DNA from: Ramazzottius varieornatus | Lineage: Eukaryota; Animalia; Tardigrada | Length of the DNA: 64,000 bases | Direction: 5' to 3' | Assembly (NCBI GenBank): GCA_001949185.1 | Contig: BDGG01000008.1 | Location: forward strand, 1,550,001-1,614,000 | In this document: in pieces, positions 59,988-64,000 of the stretch | Numbering within the stretch: the stretch's first letter is position 1 | How the letters are laid out: every line of letters starts with the position of its first letter | Notes under the pieces: model-generated | The model's input: the letters and a program-made list of their open reading frames with translations, nothing else | Databases searched by the model: none | Told to the model about the DNA's origin: nothing | Program-made: the position numbers and the translations under genes

Positions 59988-62165
59988 GTCTATTTTGATC
60001 CATTCGAACTCAACCGAAGCCTAACATAAATACTCCGAAGTCATATGAATTCATCAAGGTCGCTAGTTCCAGATACAACCGACCGAAAATAGAAAATAGA
60101 GACGAACCGAAAACAAAATAGTTGTTGTCGACGACCCGACGCAAGGGGTTGAGGAGTGCCGGATGCTGAACGAATATCGCAAGAAAATAGATTTTTCAAA
60201 ATTTCAAGAGGGAGGTCGCGATCGAAGAGCGAGGTAGAGAGAGCAGGAACAATCGCAGCCCGTCATAATCGACAAGGATACACTTCCTGCCAGCGCAATA
60301 TTAACTGGCGATGTTGGTATGCATATGCATGAGGAGACATCTTCTATGAGTTATGGATTCATTTAGCCTATTGCCGGATGTCGAGCTCAGGTGGTGCATG
60401 CGGCAGGGTCAACGTTGTCAACAGCGAATGCGAGCCAGAGAGAGACAAAAAGGGGAGAGGAGAGATTAGCAGAATGATTTTCCGTAAGAGGTGTCCTCTC
60501 GCAAAGTGCACCGGATAAGCGCGCGAATGAGCGAGCCGGAATTGACACAGGCACGAAAACACGCACCTGCGTGCGCCAAGAAGACAACAAGGTTCGCTAC
60601 CTGCTGAAATTGGATAGAATCCGATAGATCATGGAGAGCTAGAGCCAGTCAGTGTCGGAGTGCCTGAGTGTTGTCGGCTAAGAAACCGGAGCTGCATGAT
60701 GAATAGGCTTGAGCATGCTACTGTGTATCTGATCAGGCAAAAGCAATTTGCATTGATTACATATCAACCTATACGTCTTGCCGCCTCCCTTAGCCCTCCT
60801 TCACGTCCATTACTAGAATGAATTTTTTGCTCTTTTCTGGAAGGCCATTAACGGCACAGGGCTTCTCAGACCAGACCTTTATTTCTCCTCCTGTCATGTC
60901 TGAACGGCGAACCTGCCTGCATTATACGAATATTATTCCGTGATGAATGTAGCGGCGCAAACAAGCACGTTAGTCTCCCGCAGCTAAATGCGTTTTTCCC
61001 CAGTCACACTATCATTTGTCCTGAATCGGCTTGAAATCTCATGCCGATTCATCAGCACGATCGAAAGGTCGAAAAATGGTTAGCGACTGAAGGTCATCAG
61101 AAATTTTCCCACCAGGAACAAAAACAGTGCAAGTTTTTTTTTACTGACATGTCGACATGTGACATATTACCGATCGCGTTAGAGCCGTGTTTCACCACAA
61201 TACCTTAGTGGTCCTAGGGTACCGAATTATCCGCAATGAAACCAGGGTGTGTTCTTCCCAACGCTCCAAAAGCCTCTGAGTCTGTGTAACCTTACAGAAC
61301 TGCATGGCCCACCAAGAGAAATATTCGTTTCTATGAGATTTTGCAAAGCGCGAAGACCATGCTCCGATTCCTCTGCTGTACGTTCATCGAATTCAGAAAA
61401 TTGCATTAAATTCCTCTCGGAAGATTGGCATCAGAATTTCCCAACGGGACTCGTCCGGGAGCGCTTGACCTTGTGTATTCAGGTACGACAGTCGGGACGG
61501 CACGATATGGTCGACCTTCTCTCCCGTCTGATTAAGTTATATGCTATTTACCATTCTTAGAAGGTTTCTGCACTCTCGGTGACATATGAAGCAACATATC
61601 CGTTGGGGAATTTTGCTTGTCTGCCTTTTCGGACGGCGGAACGTTAACGAGGTTTCCAGTACGATTACAGGATTAATGTCATCCCGTTGGATTTCGATGT
61701 TTTGCAGGGCGTTATGACGCGAATCTCAATGACATCTTCCCGTCCAGCCTGTAATCGTCCTGGATTCTGACTGCATGGGATCATGGTGCGGTCCAGAGAG
61801 GGGAGAACGAATAAACAGTGGCGCCAGCAACCTACAGTATATACTGTATAAGCGACTACATCGGTGCCTGCTGGAAACATACAGTGAAGGTTTCGCGAAA
61901 CGCTTACTGACGTGGTGCGCTCTACAACGTAACACGTAAGTGCTTCAGGCTCCAAAACAGATTACCAATAAGAAAAGCACCATCACGGACTACCGGTTTC
62001 AAGTGACGCAACACAGAATGAACTATCCACACATGTGCAGTTGCCGTTCAGCTGTTCTCTGACTATCTACTATAATAAATAATACAGGCAACTTCAGAAA
62101 GTTCTCTAGCCACTAAAAGTCTTGTTGTTTTCTTGGGAACTGGTATCGGAAAGTAATTTTGAGAG

Positions 62166-62823
62166 ATGCTTTTCTCGATGGTGTCCAGCATTCTTCTCTG
62201 CGGTTTATGGATAAGCCCATCCCACGCGGAACTTCATCAGAACTTGCCCGATATCATGGGCATGGCACAGGACGCCTCCCAAAAGCATATAGATCAAACC
62301 TTTGCCAAATTAGCTGAGCAATTTCAAGGGGGAGGAACCTGGAAGGATCAGATGGATCAAACCGTGGACGATGTAAGAACAGGTACGATGCTGGCTTTCT
62401 TCTACTGTAGCATACCGCCTTGCAATTCCGGAAATTACAGAGAACAGAGCCGATGCGCCGAATTGCGCATAGGGTATACAGTAGAACTGCATGTCGTTTG
62501 ATTTGTAGCGTATGAAAATCTGAATGAAAAGAACAGGAGGTACCAGGAAGACCAAAGTTCCTCCACTCAGAAGCGCCAGACCGTGTCCAGTTCCTCGTAT
62601 GCATACTCTTCCGGATCGTACAAAGATGGAGAAGAGCCAGTCACTCATTTTGAGAGCGGAGGTAATTTACATCTGAACTGATTTCCCCTCTGACAACTCC
62701 AAAGCTTTTCTCCTAAATGCAGGTTCGCACACCGGGGAAGACTGTACGATCATAACGAAAAGAGATGGCAACGCAGTCAGCACGAAAACAACCTGCAAGA
62801 GTTCCGTCAAAGACGAAATTTGA
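62166..62823 (+). CDS. Small secreted hydrophilic protein of unknown function (3 exons)
   Basis: Signal peptide MLFSMVSSILLCGLWISPSHA; phase-1 introns ~62383-62508 and ~62662-62722 give a continuous frame ending ...DCTIITKRDGNAVSTKTTCKSSVKDEI*; TATAA box at ~62071. Confidence 0.65.
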
Positions 62824-63612
62824 GAACATCGATTACATTTAGCATCCCGTCCACGCAAGAACCATTCCTAAAAAAATTCGTGTGCCGAAGTCGAATTCAG
62901 TATTCAAGACAGAATTTATTACCGGCAGCTAAAATTCGTAGTCTTTCAAATTTATACGACTATCAAAAATCGCTTTGCTCATCGATAACGGCAGTGCGCC
63001 GAAGCGCTATCTAATCGTGCGTTACCACTTTGGTTCGGTAGTACCGTCGTGAAGCCACTCCAGCGCATTTTGTAAACCTCACACTTACTCGACCAGCATT
63101 TTTCTCCTGTTCTAAAAGTCAAGAGTAGCAAATAGAACTGACTCCAATCTGTCCTGACCGCTTTCTTTTTCTGAATTCCCGTACTGTATCGAAACATACT
63201 GCGCGACCAGATTTATCTGTCGGACTGTTCAGAGACAGCACAAGCTTGGCGTTGTTCGATCAGAGTCGTTATGGAACATGCAAACGTATGGACGGGTTCC
63301 CAGCGCAAGACCTCGACCAGGAAGGTCTCCTCTTCGAAAAACATGCTGGCAGTACCTGGTACTGGAGGCGGCGAGAACAACTTTCTTCGGAAGTTCTCTT
63401 TTGCTAATTGGGCACGGCCAGCGGAATCTGACCTCGAACTACAAAGCGGAGCTGTCCAGTACGCATTACACACGTGTTTCTAAGGTTTTTCCCGATATCA
63501 TCAGAAGCTTACAATGAACGGTGGAATCAATGCTCATCATGGGCGATGAGCTCAATCAAACAGCTTAGAGACTCACGTTGTCACGTACTGTTAATCCTCT
63601 GCGTTTTTGCAG

Positions 63613-64000
63613 ATTGCCTTCTACATTCAGTCCCGAATTCCATGATCGTGATTCAGTAGCCAAACTACGTTTCAATTATGTGGGCAATACAGGCATGCAG
63701 TTCTGCGCTCTTGGTTTTGGTAAGTACTGTATGCTTCAAGTTTTTGCCCGTGTCAGCATCGAATTTTCGTTCGGTTTTCCTAACCTTGTTCTGCGTCAGT
63801 CGGCAACCACTAACCAATGCGAACATCCTTGTGTAGCTGTGCCAGAATTTTCCAAATATTGCCCAAGTCCAAGCCCTAATTTTCTGATGAACTGTCCAAC
63901 AGGTGGCAGTGCACTGGGCGGCATCTTCGGCAATGTGGACGAAGCCAAAGCCATCCAGACCGTCCATCTTGCGCTAAAACAGGGGGTGAATTACATTGAC
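63613..64000 (+). CDS. Aldo-keto reductase, L-galactose/D-arabinose dehydrogenase-like (5' part; runs off window; start not located)
   Basis: LPSTFSPEFHDRDSVAKLRFNYVGNTGMQFCALGF-G/intron/GSALGGIFGNVDEAKAIQTVHLALKQGVNYID matches the AKR N-terminal G.TG...LGFG...A...GVNYID pattern. Confidence 0.82.

Noticed and set aside
63213-63517. Overlapping short ORFs upstream of the aldo-keto reductase
   Set aside because: No motif support in any frame; the true AKR first exon could not be assigned.

Overview
Eukaryotic (metazoan) genomic DNA, gene-dense with mostly short GT-AG introns. Gene style and the ANF-receptor-type gene suggest a tardigrade-like compact invertebrate genome (inference only). Recognisable spliced genes: a GH18 chitinase with a C-terminal LysM domain, a degenerate GH18+CBM14 chitinase-like gene, TMEM14, PAK1IP1/MAK11, COG8, an MFSD1-like transporter, pyridoxal kinase, tRNA-Ser(AGA), puromycin-sensitive aminopeptidase, an aldehyde-oxidase-type molybdo-flavoenzyme plus a 3' partial pseudogene copy, a receptor guanylate cyclase, a disrupted cyclase-less ANF-receptor-like gene, a small secreted protein and the start of an aldo-keto reductase. 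There is also a Helitron Rep/Hel remnant and several foldback MITEs. Two features are not explained by standard annotation. (1) A dispersed ~85-bp palindromic element (core AAGTGGCGCAC-N24/25-GTGCGCCACTT) at about 15 loci, mostly intronic and sometimes in 2-3-unit arrays, with a nearly fixed spacer length but divergent spacer sequence. (2) An unrecognised locus (27.8-30.9 kb) encoding four copies of a ~110-130-aa domain that looks BEN-like. It has two further decayed copies plus a fragment in the window, a stop codon at the same position in two diverged copies, and the palindromic element inside an intron of each copy. Exon boundaries were read by eye and are approximate.
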